64,000 nt of DNA from a virus (lineage: Duplodnaviria; Heunggongvirae; Uroviricota; Caudoviricetes), in the IMG/VR virus record IMGVR_UViG_2609459826_000002, one strand, 5' to 3'. The position numbers were made by a program, and so were the translations under genes. The number at the start of each line of letters is the position of its first letter. The first letter of the stretch is position 1. The notes beneath the pieces were generated by a model. The model worked only from the letters and a program-made list of their open reading frames with translations, was not told where the DNA came from and made no database searches. Of the stretch, positions 49,021 through 62,740 are shown piece after piece.

Positions 49021-49536
49021 ATGGGATTACTGGGCAGGATTAAACAACTGATAAGTGAAAATGAGAAACCGGCGGAAGTCACCCGCGTGATGGCACCGCT
49101 GTCCGGTGAAATTGTCCCTCTGGACACGGTTCCGGATGCTGTGTTTGCCGGGAAAATAGTGGGGGATGGTATTGCTATCCGTCCTTCCGGCGGCGATACC
49201 TTGATGGCTCCTGTCAGCGGCACTATCGGTAAAATACTGGAGACAAACCACGCGTTTTCCATCCGCACCGACAGTGGCACTGAACTGTTCGTGCACTTCG
49301 GTATTAACACAGTTGACCTCAGGGGAGAGGGTTTCCGGCGTATTGCCCAGGAAGGCCAGCTGATCAGCACCGGTGACCCCGTCATCGGGTTTGACCTTGC
49401 GTTACTTCAGCAGAAAGCACAGTCCACGCTGACACCGGTGATTGTGGCGGACTCTGACCGTGTCCAGGAGATAACCCTGTTCTCCGGCCCGGTCATCGCC
49501 GGAGAAACACCGGTTTTTGATATCAGCAGCCAGTAA
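49021..49536 (+). CDS. PTS glucose-type EIIA (Crr-like) paralog
   Basis: 171 aa from ATG 49021 (AAGGAAAG RBS); close match to IIA-Glc pattern (APLSGEIVPLDTVPDAVFA.KIVGDGIAI.P...GTIGKILETNHAFSI..DSGTELFVHFGI). Confidence 0.8.
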   Translation: MGLLGRIKQLISENEKPAEVTRVMAPLSGEIVPLDTVPDAVFAGKIVGDGIAIRPSGGDTLMAPVSGTIGKILETNHAFSIRTDSGTELFVHFGINTVDLRGEGFRRIAQEGQLISTGDPVIGFDLALLQQKAQSTLTPVIVADSDRVQEITLFSGPVIAGETPVFDISSQ

Positions 49537-49549
49537 GCGCCATGAGTGA

Positions 49550-50509
<960 letters not shown>

Positions 50510-50745
50510 ACACTAACGCTCCCGGTGTACCGGGAGCGTTGCCGGTCATTGTCCCGTAAATGAAAGCGTTGTTCATCAATAGGAATTTAAACCCCAAAAA
50601 GATTAAAAAAACACCTGAAAAAGGGCACTTTCTCAGCATCGTCACACATGCCATAACTTCGACGTCATCAATTAAATGGACTTCATTGATTGATACCGGG
50701 TATCGTGACGGGAGCCTGTTTAGGATTCTGTGTAAATGCCTTTTC

Positions 50746-51538
50746 TCAGAAGTGACCGTCCAGGCGGTCACCGAACTCGATAATAAAGCGGCTCATTGCC
50801 ATTCGCCAGTCCTTCAACGGCATCGTCCATTTCGGGGACGCAGACTGGATTGCCAGCCACACCACTTTATTCACCGAGTCGTCTGTCGGGAACACTTTAC
50901 GCTTTTTGATCGCATGGCGGATCACGCTGTTTAGCGACTCGATGGCATTCGTCGTATAGATCACTTTGCGGATGTCCGTTGGATAAGCGAAGAACGTGGC
51001 AAGATTCGGCCAGTTAGCCTGCCAGCTTCGGCTTATCTGAGGATAGCGACTGTCCCAGGCCGCAGCGAACGCTTCCAGTGCCTGCTGACCTGCCTCTTCC
51101 GTGGGAGCTTGATAAATCGCTTTCAGGTCGCGAGTGACGGCCTTGTAGTCCTTCCATGACACGAAGCGCAGGCTGTTGCGCACCATATGCACGATGCATA
51201 ACTGGATGCGGGCCTTCGGATATACTGTGTTGATGGCATCCGGGAAGCCTTTCAGGCCATCCACACAGGCGATGAGGATATCGTTCAGACCGCGGTTTTT
51301 CAGTTCAGTCAGCACATTGAGCCAGAACTTCGCCCCTTCATTTTCGGCCAGCCACATACCCAGCAGTTCCTTCTGACCTTCGATATTGATGCCCAGTGCC
51401 AGGAACACCGATTTGTTGATGACGCGACTGTCCTGCCGAACTTTCAGGACGATACAGTCAAGATAAACAATGGGGTAAACAGCATCCAGTGGTCTGTTTT
51501 GCCATTCTACAACCTGCTCCATCACGGCATCGGTGACC
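50746..51538 (-). pseudogene. IS256-family transposase, N-terminally truncated by IS3-family insertion
   Basis: C-terminal ~260 aa of mutator-type transposase; reading frame runs into the IS end at 51539. Confidence 0.7.
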
Positions 51539-51592
51539 TGAACCGCCCCGGGAATCCTGGAGACTAAACTCCCTGAGAAAGAGGTAAACAGG

Positions 51593-51919
51593 ATGACTAA
51601 AAATACACGTTTTTCCCCCGAGGTCCGTCAACGGGCAGTTCGTATGGTTCTGGAAAGTCAGGGCGAATATGACTCACAATGGGCGGCAATTTGTTCCATT
51701 GCCCCAAAGATTGGCTGTACACCAGAGACTCTGCGTGTGTGGGTTCGTCAGCATGAGCGGGATACCGGGAGTGGTGATGGTGGACTCACCACCGCTGAAC
51801 GTCAGCGTCTGAAAGAGCTGGAACGTGAAAATCGTGAACTGCGCCGCAGTAACGATATCCTTCGCCAGGCTTCCGCTTATTTTGCGAAGGCGGAGTTCGA
51901 CCGCCTCTGGAAAAAATAA
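51593..51919 (+). CDS. IS3-family transposase OrfA (IS629-like)
   Basis: 108 aa HTH/leucine-zipper OrfA; A6 frameshift window at orfA/orfB junction. Confidence 0.8.
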   Translation: MTKNTRFSPEVRQRAVRMVLESQGEYDSQWAAICSIAPKIGCTPETLRVWVRQHERDTGSGDGGLTTAERQRLKELERENRELRRSNDILRQASAYFAKAEFDRLWKK

Positions 51920-52333
51920 TGCCGCTGCTGGATAAGCTGCGTGAGCAGTACGGGGTCGGACCGGTATGCAGTGAACTGCATATTGCCCCGTCAACGTATT
52001 ACCACTGTCAGCAACAGCGACATCATCCTGATAAACGCAGTGCCCGTGCTCAGCGCGATGACTGGCTGAAGAGAGAGATACAGCGCGTATACGATGAAAA
52101 TCATCAGGTGTACGGTGTGCGTAAAGTCTGGCGCCAGTTGTTACGCGAAGGTATCAGGGTGGCCAGATGTACAGTGGCGCGCCTCATGGCGGTTATGGGA
52201 CTTGCCGGTGTTCTCCGGGGTAAAAAGGTCCGTACTACCGTCAGCCGGAAAGCCGTTTCCGCAGGCGACCGCGTAAACCGTCAGTTCGTGGCAGAACGTC
52301 CTGACCAGCTGTGGGTGGCTGATTTTACTTACG
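51919..52333 (+). pseudogene. IS3-family transposase OrfB, 5' segment (interrupted)
   Basis: Homology to OrfB up to ...QLWVADFTY then intron 5' end GTGTG. Confidence 0.6.
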
Positions 52334-54603
52334 GTGTGCCCGGAGTTCAGGGCGGGCATGGATGCTTAAATGAACCGCGAGTCTGTCTGGAATATTGAAC
52401 CGGTAACTCACGATGAGAAACCCAACAATCCCACCGGGTGTGACGGTGGAGAACCTGAGCGGCAGTGACCTGCGGCATGCCCGCAGGGTGATGTAACCCG
52501 CTGACAACGGGGATTGAGGCGAGATCACTAAGCCGAGATGATCCTCAAGGTTAAGTACTGAAAGGCTGAAGAACATGAACCCGTTAATCCGCCTCTGTGG
52601 GTTGAAAACGTCACCACGGCCTACGTGATCTGACAGGCCGTGCAGGAGGAACTGGCAGTGATACGTAAGCACTGCCGGTCGAAGGTGTTTTGACATGTAT
52701 GCGAAACACCGGGGCAGCAGCGTCTATCACGCTTGCGTTGCTGACTTCTGCCAACTTGCGGCAAGCAAGGATAAAGAGTGCGACGGGCAGCCTCCTCAGT
52801 ATGCCTGAGTCCAGGCAGGTAAACCGGGGAAGGTCAGCGACGGATGTTAAGGGGGCATGGCTCCGATGACGCGCTGGCTGGCGGAGCTTCCGTAGTAGTC
52901 CGCGATGGGGAAAGTCCATTACATGGCGAAGGGAAGCAGTTTGAATGTGTTTGCGACGTGAATTAACTGACCTAACGAGGTGAAGACCTTTGATAATCAG
53001 CGAAATGCAACGCAAGCTTGCCACATGGGCAGTCACCGATCCGTCCCTACGGATTCAACGGCTGCTGCGTCTGATAACACAACCAGAATGGCTGGCTGAA
53101 GCGGCGCGGATCACGCTTTCATCAAAGGGGGCCCATACCCCCGGCGTTGATGGCGTGAACAAAACAATGCTACAGGCCAGACTGGCTGTTGAGCTGCAAA
53201 TCCTCAGGGATGAATTACTCTCAGGCCACTACCAGCCCTTGCCCGCCAGACGGGTTTACATCCCTAAAAGCAACGGCAAACTGCGACCACTGGGTATCCC
53301 CGCGTTGCGGGATCGTATTGTTCAGCGGGCCATGCTGATGGCGATGGAGCCGATATGGGAGAGTGATTTTCATACGCTCTCATATGGCTTCCGGCCTGAG
53401 CGCAGTGTCCACCACGCTATCCGCACGGTGAAATTACAGCTCACAGACTGTGGTGAAACCCGGGGACGCTGGGTGATTGAAGGCGACCTGTCCAGTTACT
53501 TCGACACCGTACATCATCGACTGCTGATGAAGGCTGTACGCCGCAGGATCAGTGACGCACGTTTCATGACTCTGCTGTGGAAAACCATCAAGGCGGGACA
53601 TATCGATGTCGGTCTCTTTCGGGCGGCCAGTGAAGGTGTGCCACAGGGCGGTGTTATATCGCCGCTATTATCGAACATCATGCTGAATGAGTTCGATCAA
53701 TACCTGCATGAGCGCTACCTGAGCGGGAAAGCCAGAAAAGATCGGTGGTACTGGAATAACAGTATCCAACGGGGCCGAAGTACGGCGGTCAGAGAAAACT
53801 GGCAGTGGAAACCCGCGGTGGCGTACTGCCGCTATGCCGATGATTTTGTCCTCATCGTCAAAGGCACCAAAGCACAGGCGGAAGCCATCAGGGAGGAGTG
53901 TCGGGGTGTGCTCGAAGGCAGTCTGAAACTCAGGCTGAACATGGATAAGACTAAAATCACCCATGTTAATGACGGCTTTATCTTTCTGGGGCACAGGATC
54001 ATTCGCAAACGCAGTCGTTATGGCGAGATGCGAGTGGTCTCAACGATCCCGCAGGAGAAAGCCAGAAACTTCGCCGCATCGCTGACAGCACTGTTATCAG
54101 GCAACTACAGTGAAAGCAAAGTCGATATGGCTGAACAACTCAACCGAAAACTGAAAGGCTGGGCCATGTTCTATCAGTTCGTTGATTTTAAGGCCAAAGT
54201 CTTCAGTTATATCGACCGTGTCGTGTTCTGGAAGCTGGCTCACTGGCTGGCCCGCAAATACCGTACAGGTATCGCTTCCCTGATGAGGTGGTGGTGTAAA
54301 TCACCGAAACCGGGTCAGAGCAAAACGTGGGTTTTATTTGGTAAAACCAATCACGGCAAGCTCAGCGGCGAAATACTGTACCGGTTGGTGGGGCAAGGCA
54401 AGAAGCTGTTCCGCTGGCGGCTACCCGAAGGTAATCCCTATCTGAGGACGGAGACCAGAAACACGTATACATCGCGCTTTACAGAAGTGGCAATGGCGTT
54501 CGCCAGCATTTAAATGGAGAGCCGGATGCGCTGAAAGGTGCACGTCCGGTTCGGGGAGGAGAGGCAGGGAAATAGTCCGACTACGCCCTGCCTCTTACTC
54601 TAC
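52334..54603 (+). mobile_element. bacterial group II intron (about 2.27 kb)
   Basis: 5' GTGTG; domain V GAGCCGGATGCGCTGAAAGGTGCACGTCCGGTTC at 54519-54552; ends ...CTAC; encodes RT/maturase; flanking exon frame is restored across the junction. Confidence 0.8.
52990..54513 (+). CDS. group II intron-encoded reverse transcriptase/maturase
   Basis: 507 aa; RT motifs incl. YADD (AYCRYADDFVLIV); maturase X region; no HNH endonuclease domain evident. Confidence 0.9.
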   Translation: MIISEMQRKLATWAVTDPSLRIQRLLRLITQPEWLAEAARITLSSKGAHTPGVDGVNKTMLQARLAVELQILRDELLSGHYQPLPARRVYIPKSNGKLRPLGIPALRDRIVQRAMLMAMEPIWESDFHTLSYGFRPERSVHHAIRTVKLQLTDCGETRGRWVIEGDLSSYFDTVHHRLLMKAVRRRISDARFMTLLWKTIKAGHIDVGLFRAASEGVPQGGVISPLLSNIMLNEFDQYLHERYLSGKARKDRWYWNNSIQRGRSTAVRENWQWKPAVAYCRYADDFVLIVKGTKAQAEAIREECRGVLEGSLKLRLNMDKTKITHVNDGFIFLGHRIIRKRSRYGEMRVVSTIPQEKARNFAASLTALLSGNYSESKVDMAEQLNRKLKGWAMFYQFVDFKAKVFSYIDRVVFWKLAHWLARKYRTGIASLMRWWCKSPKPGQSKTWVLFGKTNHGKLSGEILYRLVGQGKKLFRWRLPEGNPYLRTETRNTYTSRFTEVAMAFASI

Positions 54604-54835
54604 TCTGGACAGGCAAGCGTTGGGCTTACCTTGCTGTTGTTCTCGATCTGTTCGCAAGGAAACCTGAGGGTTGGGCAATGTCATTCTCACCGGACAGCAA
54701 GCTGACATCAAAGCGCTGGAAATTGCGTGGGAAGCTTGCGGTAAACCCGCCGGAGTGATGTTCCACAGTGACAGTAATAATGCCGGTGTCAGTCTTTACC
54801 ACCACTCAGTTTGCCGTTTAACCCGATTGGTGTGA
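54604..54835 (+). pseudogene. IS3-family transposase OrfB, downstream segment (frameshifted, truncated)
   Basis: WTGKRWAYLAVVLDLFARK...GWAMS then frameshift ...GKPAGVMFHSD; truncated before scrR. Confidence 0.5.
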
Positions 54836-54946
54836 TTACTGATGCAGTGAAGACCTTTCCGCATCACATCACTACAAATATTGATTTTTAATTGTTGGAT
54901 TCGCACCAGATTTCACCTCTGTAGGGTATTCAAAAATGCTCAGTTA

Positions 54947-55951
54947 TTACTGATGCCTAAACTGCAGCGTTGCGGGCAGGTAGCGTTGTAGCGTTTCGGG
55001 CGTATCGCCCTCGATCAATTGGCTTATCAGATCATAGCAGTGCCAGGCCAACTGGCGGTTATCCTGCTGTACGGTATCGATACGCAGCGACAGCGAATCA
55101 TAAAGATAGTGATCGTCAAAGCTCGTCAGATGGATATCTGAGTCGAGTAAATGGTGCTGGCTCATATAGCGCAGTACCCCTTCGAGCAGTCCACAGGCGG
55201 CAGTGAACAGCGCCTTAGGCGGCCGCCCAAGTCGCGCGCAGAGTGCGGCGAACATCTCATAGCCTGAGCTCGGGTGGTAGTTACCGTTAATCACCCATTC
55301 CGGGCGCAGTGCAATACCCGCCTGAGCCAAACCCTGCGTGAAGCCGGTCAGACGATCGCGTGAAGGCGACAGACGCGACTGACCGCCTAAAAACCAGAAC
55401 TCATCGCTATGCTTAGGTGCAATGCGGGAAATCAGTTCCGCCGTTGGGGTAATCGAATCAGTCATCACCAGCGGCAGCAGGCTTTCATTAGGACAACGGT
55501 CAAACAGCACTACTGGCAGTTGTTGGCTGAGCTTAAGATAGTCGGCATCGTTGTGCATACATGAAGCGACGATCAGACCGTCAACCTGGCGGGAAATCAT
55601 GTTATTGACCACCACGCTCTCCTGACCGGGGTTTTCATCAGTACAAGAGATCAATAGCTGGACGCCTGCTTCGCGGCACAGCATTTCCAGCTCATGTGAA
55701 AAGACCGCAAAGCCGTGGTTGGTGATCTCCGGCACCACCAGTCCGATGGTGTGGCTGCGGTTGTCGCGCAGCGAGCGGGCGTGAATGCTTGGCTGATAGT
55801 GCTGCTCACGGGCAATCGCCAGTACTCGCTCACGCGTTTCCTGCGCCACACGCAGCTCCTTACCACGACCGTTCAGTACTAGGCTGGCGGTCGCTTTTGA
55901 GACGCCAGCCTGTTCGGCGATATCTTTAATGGTTACGCGTTTAGTTTTCAT
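54947..55951 (-). CDS. scrR: sucrose operon repressor ScrR (LacI family)
   Basis: ATG 55951; [31 protein letters not shown]. Confidence 0.85.
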   Translation of the reverse strand: MKTKRVTIKDIAEQAGVSKATASLVLNGRGKELRVAQETRERVLAIAREQHYQPSIHARSLRDNRSHTIGLVVPEITNHGFAVFSHELEMLCREAGVQLLISCTDENPGQESVVVNNMISRQVDGLIVASCMHNDADYLKLSQQLPVVLFDRCPNESLLPLVMTDSITPTAELISRIAPKHSDEFWFLGGQSRLSPSRDRLTGFTQGLAQAGIALRPEWVINGNYHPSSGYEMFAALCARLGRPPKALFTAACGLLEGVLRYMSQHHLLDSDIHLTSFDDHYLYDSLSLRIDTVQQDNRQLAWHCYDLISQLIEGDTPETLQRYLPATLQFRHQ

Positions 55952-55980
55952 TACGACGCCATGAGCTTGAGGCAAAACGC

Positions 55981-57381
55981 TTATTCTACCATGCAAGTTC
56001 GCAGCGGCCAGTAGCAGAATGCGTCCGGTGTGATGCCAGAGAACATTAGCTGCCCTGAACAGGCCGGGAAGTAGCGGCAGCTCATCACTCCTTCGCCGCC
56101 GTTGATGAAAATCTCCACGCTAGACTGGTCGATGAAAATATGCAGCGAGCGGACGTCTCCGCGCCAGTAACGATAATGCTTCTCGTCGCTGGCCAGACTG
56201 GGTCGGGCCAGGCGGATCCCGCTGGCATCGCGTTCAAGGATTAATGCGCCGTCAAAATCGAGGCTCAAAATATCGTCCCCAGTGGTTTGTAGAACGATTT
56301 CCATCGGTGCCAGCGGCAGGGAGTTCCCTGCCCAGCCGTGCGCTTCGCCGCGCAGGGCGCTCAGCTCTCGTAGAGGACGTTGGTATAGCTGACCATCGAT
56401 AAACTCCAGCTCACGCAGGCAGGTCATCTGATGGATCCAGCCGTTGGTGAGGGTCGGTTGAAGCATCTCTTCGCCCTCCGGCACGCCCATCCAGCCGACC
56501 AGCAGACGGCGGCCATCACTGGTAAGCATGGTTTGCGGGGCGTAGAACTCAAACCCTGCGTCCAATTCGTGCAGTTCGCCATGCCCGAAGGCCGCGCGGT
56601 GGTAGTCGAAATCGCCGCTCATCCACACTGCCGGGTAGGTGTTGAGATAGCGCTCTTTCTCACGAGGCACGCCCTGCGGGCAGCAAATCAGGACATGCTG
56701 GTCGCCGAGGGCAAACAGGTCCGGGCATTCCCACATATAGCCCGCGTCGTCCAGGCCATTGATGCCATAACCGGCGATTTCGCCCTGACTCGTCCACTCA
56801 TGAAGGTCCGCTGAGCTGAATAACAACACCTTGCCACGCTTTTGCAAATCCTGTGCGCCCAGCACCATGTACCAGCGACCTTCGTGCTGCCAGACTTTCG
56901 GGTCACGCACGTGGCCGGTATAGCCCTCCGGCAGCGGTAATACCGGGCCGAGTTTGGTAAACGTGCCGTCGGCATTTTCCGTCGCCAGGCACTGCCACGC
57001 GGTTCGGCTGCCGTCGTCAAATTTTACGTTGCCGGTATAGCACAGGGTGAGCGTGCCCTGACTATCCACGGCGCTTCCGGAGTAGCAGCCGTTGCGGTCA
57101 TACTCTTCATCCGGCATGAGCGCGATCGGCTCATGTTGCCAGTGCAGCAGGTCGGCAGAGCTCCAGTGCCCCCAGCACTTGAACTTATGATCGCAGGCGA
57201 GCGGGTTCCACTGATAAAACAGGTGATAACGTCCGGCAAATTCAATAAAGCCGTTGGGATCGTTCATCAGCCCGGTCACCGGCGCATGGTGCCAGCGGGG
57301 ATAGTGGCTGTCGGCCAGCGCGCGCGGCTGGCCCTGCATAACAGCCTGCAAAATCGCAGGCAGGCGTGATGGATGTGACAT
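55981..57381 (-). CDS. scrB: sucrose-6-phosphate hydrolase ScrB (GH32)
   Basis: 466 aa; GH32 motifs LMNDPNG, VRDP, WECPD; TAATG overlap with scrA. Confidence 0.85.
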   Translation of the reverse strand: MSHPSRLPAILQAVMQGQPRALADSHYPRWHHAPVTGLMNDPNGFIEFAGRYHLFYQWNPLACDHKFKCWGHWSSADLLHWQHEPIALMPDEEYDRNGCYSGSAVDSQGTLTLCYTGNVKFDDGSRTAWQCLATENADGTFTKLGPVLPLPEGYTGHVRDPKVWQHEGRWYMVLGAQDLQKRGKVLLFSSADLHEWTSQGEIAGYGINGLDDAGYMWECPDLFALGDQHVLICCPQGVPREKERYLNTYPAVWMSGDFDYHRAAFGHGELHELDAGFEFYAPQTMLTSDGRRLLVGWMGVPEGEEMLQPTLTNGWIHQMTCLRELEFIDGQLYQRPLRELSALRGEAHGWAGNSLPLAPMEIVLQTTGDDILSLDFDGALILERDASGIRLARPSLASDEKHYRYWRGDVRSLHIFIDQSSVEIFINGGEGVMSCRYFPACSGQLMFSGITPDAFCYWPLRTCMVE

Positions 57382-58751
57382 TATTCAGCGTCCGTTTTGT
57401 ATTTCAGTACCAGGGAGACGACAAAGGCGACGCCAAAGGCGATAACCATCCCGATAATGTAGTTCAGCAGCGAGCTGGCCTGCACGATAGCCATGCCAGG
57501 GATAGCCGTCAGGCCCACCGCGGTCATGTAAACATGCATGGATACCACCCACGCGCCGCCCACCGCGCCGCCAATCAGGGCTGCGATAAACGGTTTTACA
57601 AAGCGTAAGTTAATACCAAAAATCGCCGCTTCGGTGATGCCGAGCATGGCAGAAAACGCCGAGGGCAGGGTAATGGCTTTGATTTTGGCATCTTTCGTTT
57701 TGAACCACACCGCCAGACAAGCACCGCCCTGAGCGACGTTGGCCATCGCCCAAATCGGCAGCAGGAAGTTGACGCCGATGGATGGGTTGCCCAGCAGTCC
57801 CGCTTCGATGGCGTGGAAGCTGTGGTGAATACCGGTAATGACGATAACCGAATAGAGACCGCCAAACAGCAGTCCGGCCAGCCAACCGGCGTGGGTAATC
57901 AGGGTGCTAAGGACAAACGAAATACCGTCGCCAAGCGCGCGACCAGCCGGGCCGATAATCAGCAGGGCGATAAAACCGGAAATGATCACCGTCAGGAACG
58001 GCGTCAGGATCAGATCCAGTGCATCGGGGATCACGCGACGCAGCTGTTTCTCAACGATGCTCATAAACCACACCGCCAGCAGCACCGGGAACACCGTGCC
58101 CTGATAGCCGATCATGGCAATCTCAAGGCCGAAGAAGTTCATGGTGTGGAAACCGGCGGCCACACCCCAGGCGTTGGTGAGCGCCGGGTGAGTCAGGATG
58201 CCGCCAAGCGTCGCGCCAAGATAAGGATTACCACCGAACTCGCGGGCGGCGGTGAAGCCAATCAGGATCGGCAGAATAATAAACGCCGCTGAGCTGCACA
58301 TATCCAGCATGATGTAGATGGCGTTACCCGGGTCGACCCAGCCGTACGTTTTAACCATCCCCAGAAGGCCCATCAACAGGCCGGAGGCGACGATAGCCGG
58401 GATGATCGGCACAAAGATGTTCGACAACAGGCGGGCAATGCGCTGGAAAGGATTCAGTTTTTTCGCCGCAATGTCGGCAGCTTCCGATTTGCTGGATTCG
58501 CCAATCCCTGCCGCCTGGATAAAGGCGGCGTAGACTTTGTTCACCACCCCGGTGCCGAAGATAATCTGCATCTGTCCGGCGTTACGGAAACAGCCCTTCA
58601 CCCCATCAATTTTGCCGATGGCCTGCTGATCGGCCAGTGAGTCATCGACCAGCACCAGGCGCAGGCGTGTGGCACAGTGCGCGGCGCTGGCGATATTTTC
58701 CTTGCCTCCCAGAAGCGGAAGTAGCGAGCGGGAAATCTGTTCAAAATCCAT
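57381..58751 (-). CDS. scrA: PTS sucrose-specific EIIBC ScrA
   Basis: 456 aa; N-terminal IIB domain with Cys (AAHCATRLRL) then multi-TM IIC domain. Confidence 0.9.
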   Translation of the reverse strand: MDFEQISRSLLPLLGGKENIASAAHCATRLRLVLVDDSLADQQAIGKIDGVKGCFRNAGQMQIIFGTGVVNKVYAAFIQAAGIGESSKSEAADIAAKKLNPFQRIARLLSNIFVPIIPAIVASGLLMGLLGMVKTYGWVDPGNAIYIMLDMCSSAAFIILPILIGFTAAREFGGNPYLGATLGGILTHPALTNAWGVAAGFHTMNFFGLEIAMIGYQGTVFPVLLAVWFMSIVEKQLRRVIPDALDLILTPFLTVIISGFIALLIIGPAGRALGDGISFVLSTLITHAGWLAGLLFGGLYSVIVITGIHHSFHAIEAGLLGNPSIGVNFLLPIWAMANVAQGGACLAVWFKTKDAKIKAITLPSAFSAMLGITEAAIFGINLRFVKPFIAALIGGAVGGAWVVSMHVYMTAVGLTAIPGMAIVQASSLLNYIIGMVIAFGVAFVVSLVLKYKTDAE

Positions 58752-58888
58752 AGTACCCTCTGAATGCGTATTGATTTTCGAGTTGTCGTCCCGTGGTAGC
58801 CGGAGCGCATTCTCTTCGTTGTTATTGTGTCCGGGGCGACGAAACGTATTTTGTCGCCCCGGCGGTTACTGTCGCCAGGTGTTAACCA

Positions 58889-60522
<1,634 letters not shown>

Positions 60523-60571
60523 TAAGTGTGATGGATGCAACAAAGTGGACCGCGTACGACGGTATTTAGGA

Positions 60572-61495
60572 TCAAATCTGGCGGTGTAGATCGCGCTGGT
60601 ATGGCAGGGCAGTCATCGCGCCTTTCGCCAGGGTTGCCAGGGCACCGCAGGTTTGCGCCAGAGCGAGCGTTGGCTCCAGGGCATTGATATCCGCCGGCAT
60701 CCCGTTGGCAGCAAGGCTGGCAAGCAGTCCGGCGACAAACGCATCGCCCGCACCGGTGGTATCCACGCTGACAACCGGTTTAGCGCTGAAATGGATAAAC
60801 TGCTGCTGGAATGCGGCGATGACGCCCGCTTTACCCTGAGTCACCAGCAGTAATTCAGGCTGATAACGCTCAGTGATGCTGGCGATCCCCTGCGCGATAT
60901 CATTACTCCCGCTGATGAGTATCAGCTCTTCTTCGGACAGTTTCACCACGTTCGCCAGACGCAGGGCGCGGTCGAGACAGGCGTGCAACAGGTTCTGATC
61001 TTGCCAGAGATCCAGGCGGATATTAGGGTCAAAGCTCACCCGGCCACCGGCACGTTTGATGTTCTCCATAGCCGCGAAGGTAGCACTGCGGCTGGGCTCG
61101 GCGCTGAGCGCGATGGAGCAGATGTGCAACCACTGTCCGGCGGCAAACTGTGGCAGGTCTTCTTCAGCCAGGAACAGGTCAGCGCTGGGGCGTACCATAA
61201 AGGTAAAGGTGCGTTCACCTTGGTCATCAAGGTCGACCACCACAGTGGACGTGCGGTGATGATCGTCAAGATACATATGGCTGACGTCGACCTGCTCCTG
61301 TTGCAGGGTATGACGCATGTAGCGGCCAAACGGGTCACCGCCGACGCGGCCGATAAATCCGCTGTTGCCGCCAAGGCGGGCAACCCCTACCGCCACGTTA
61401 GCCGGCGCGCCTCCAGGGCACTGTAGCAAGCGCCCTTCACTCTCCGGTAGCAGGTCCACCACTGCGTCGCCCAGAACCCAAACTTTTGCTTTCAT
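60572..61495 (-). CDS. scrK: fructokinase ScrK (PfkB family)
   Basis: ATG 61495 with GGAGGG RBS; PfkB motifs (GGAPANVA, DTTGAGDAF). Confidence 0.85.
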   Translation of the reverse strand: MKAKVWVLGDAVVDLLPESEGRLLQCPGGAPANVAVGVARLGGNSGFIGRVGGDPFGRYMRHTLQQEQVDVSHMYLDDHHRTSTVVVDLDDQGERTFTFMVRPSADLFLAEEDLPQFAAGQWLHICSIALSAEPSRSATFAAMENIKRAGGRVSFDPNIRLDLWQDQNLLHACLDRALRLANVVKLSEEELILISGSNDIAQGIASITERYQPELLLVTQGKAGVIAAFQQQFIHFSAKPVVSVDTTGAGDAFVAGLLASLAANGMPADINALEPTLALAQTCGALATLAKGAMTALPYQRDLHRQI

Positions 61496-61522
61496 GCTAA
61501 AACCCTCCAAGGCTAAACTTAA

Positions 61523-61536
61523 CTAAACCGGTTTAG
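61523..61536. promoter_or_regulatory. scrK operator (same palindrome as at scrY)
   Basis: CTAAACCGGTTTAG 28 nt upstream of scrK start. Confidence 0.5.
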
Positions 61537-61740
61537 CATATTAAATCACAGTGAATGAGTGGGGGAAAGTTCCAGCCGGAAAAGCACTGCTCAGGGCATA
61601 AAAACGTGAGCCGCCTTACGAAATAGAATTGATTCGACAGCTGTGAAGACTTACGTCCTGGACACAAATGGATCCTGGATAAATTACCATGCAACTTGAT
61701 GAAATTATCATGTTTTATCTTATTTACAGATAAATCAAAG

Positions 61741-62082
61741 GGCTTTTAACACCACACTTCTTGGCATAATGGTTAAGTGTAGTAATGCTCGCTCTGGATG
61801 GGTTTGCTTCTATGCTGCGCAGGTATTTGTAAGAAATACCCATTCTACTGGCGAGTTGTTGTCGCATCAGGCCAGCGAAACTGCGCAATTTCATCAGCGT
61901 TTCTGGAGGGTTTCCTTTAAAACTTCATCGACAAAACCGCTTTTTACCGTAGATACAGTAAGTGCCTCTTCTCTGCCATTATCCCAGCATCCAAGGTTAC
62001 CGGGTTCTGATGTAGTCTGCCGATATGCAAGAAATGCAACGGCATCATGCTGGTTATGATGCTGTTTAATCTTCATTGTCAC
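61741..62082 (-). pseudogene. frameshifted HTH (XRE-like) gene
   Basis: 62-aa ORF ends ...LQKR stop; downstream +1 frame continues MKLRSFAGLMRQQLASRMGISYKYLRSIEANPSRASITTLNHYAKKCGVKS (HTH); single-base frameshift would join them. Confidence 0.35.
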
Positions 62083-62403
62083 ATGGACTATTCAGGGAGC
62101 GACAAGCGCTCCCACATGAAAACAGAACCACTCGTTTCATTTACGTGCTTCCTCAAAAGTAATCTCATACCCAATACTTCTGATTTAGTAGGGTTCTGAT
62201 CATATCATGCAGCTCGATTGCGCTCAATTTGACGGTTTTCATCTTTACACAATGCTCGGTTATGATACTTTGTGATAGGCATGACAAGATCTGGCCGTAA
62301 TTTTTTAGAAGTGATTTTCCCCGCCACTTCACGGGACAGCATACATCCGGATAAAACCGGTAACAGGAAAGGCTCCACGCTGCATACGGAGGAAACAGAA
62401 TTA

Positions 62404-62712
62404 ATGAATGATAAATTGCCGCCCTGCGCTGATACCAGGGTGGAACGTGTCCGTCTTAAAGATGGGGATTACTTTTTCCCTGCTGAACCCGCCATAAAAG
62501 CGGATTCTTTGCGGACAAAATCGCTCCTTCATCGTTTTAACCACACCGATCCTGCTCATATTGATTCCCGCCTGCTACTGATGAAAGAGTTGCTGCCTGA
62601 ATGTGGGGAAGGGGTATCTGTCACCACGTCTTTCCACTGCAGCAGGGGGTATAACATTCGTAAGCGTCGTCTCAGCACCGTCTGGCAGATCCTGAAATTC
62701 CTGAGAGGATAG
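62404..62712 (+). pseudogene. truncated hexapeptide-repeat O-acetyltransferase (Maa/LacA-like N-terminal part)
   Basis: SLLHRFNHTDPAHIDSRLLLMKELLPECGEGVSVTTSFHCSRGYNI resembles N-terminus of maltose/galactoside acetyltransferases; frame ends after about 100 aa at a palindromic junction. Confidence 0.5.
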
Positions 62713-62740
62713 TGGACACCAAATATGGTGGACACTATCC

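Larger units (their letters stand above)
51539..54835 (+). mobile_element. IS3-family element remnant interrupted by a group II intron
   Basis: Left end TGAACCGCCCCGGGAATCC at 51539; orfA then orfB split at codon for FTY by intron; 3' transposase segment frameshifted and ends near 54835. Confidence 0.7.

Noticed and set aside
61769-62059. 96-aa plus-strand ORF upstream of scrK
   Set aside because: Overlaps the more plausible minus-strand HTH remnant; lacks RBS; translation is low-complexity.
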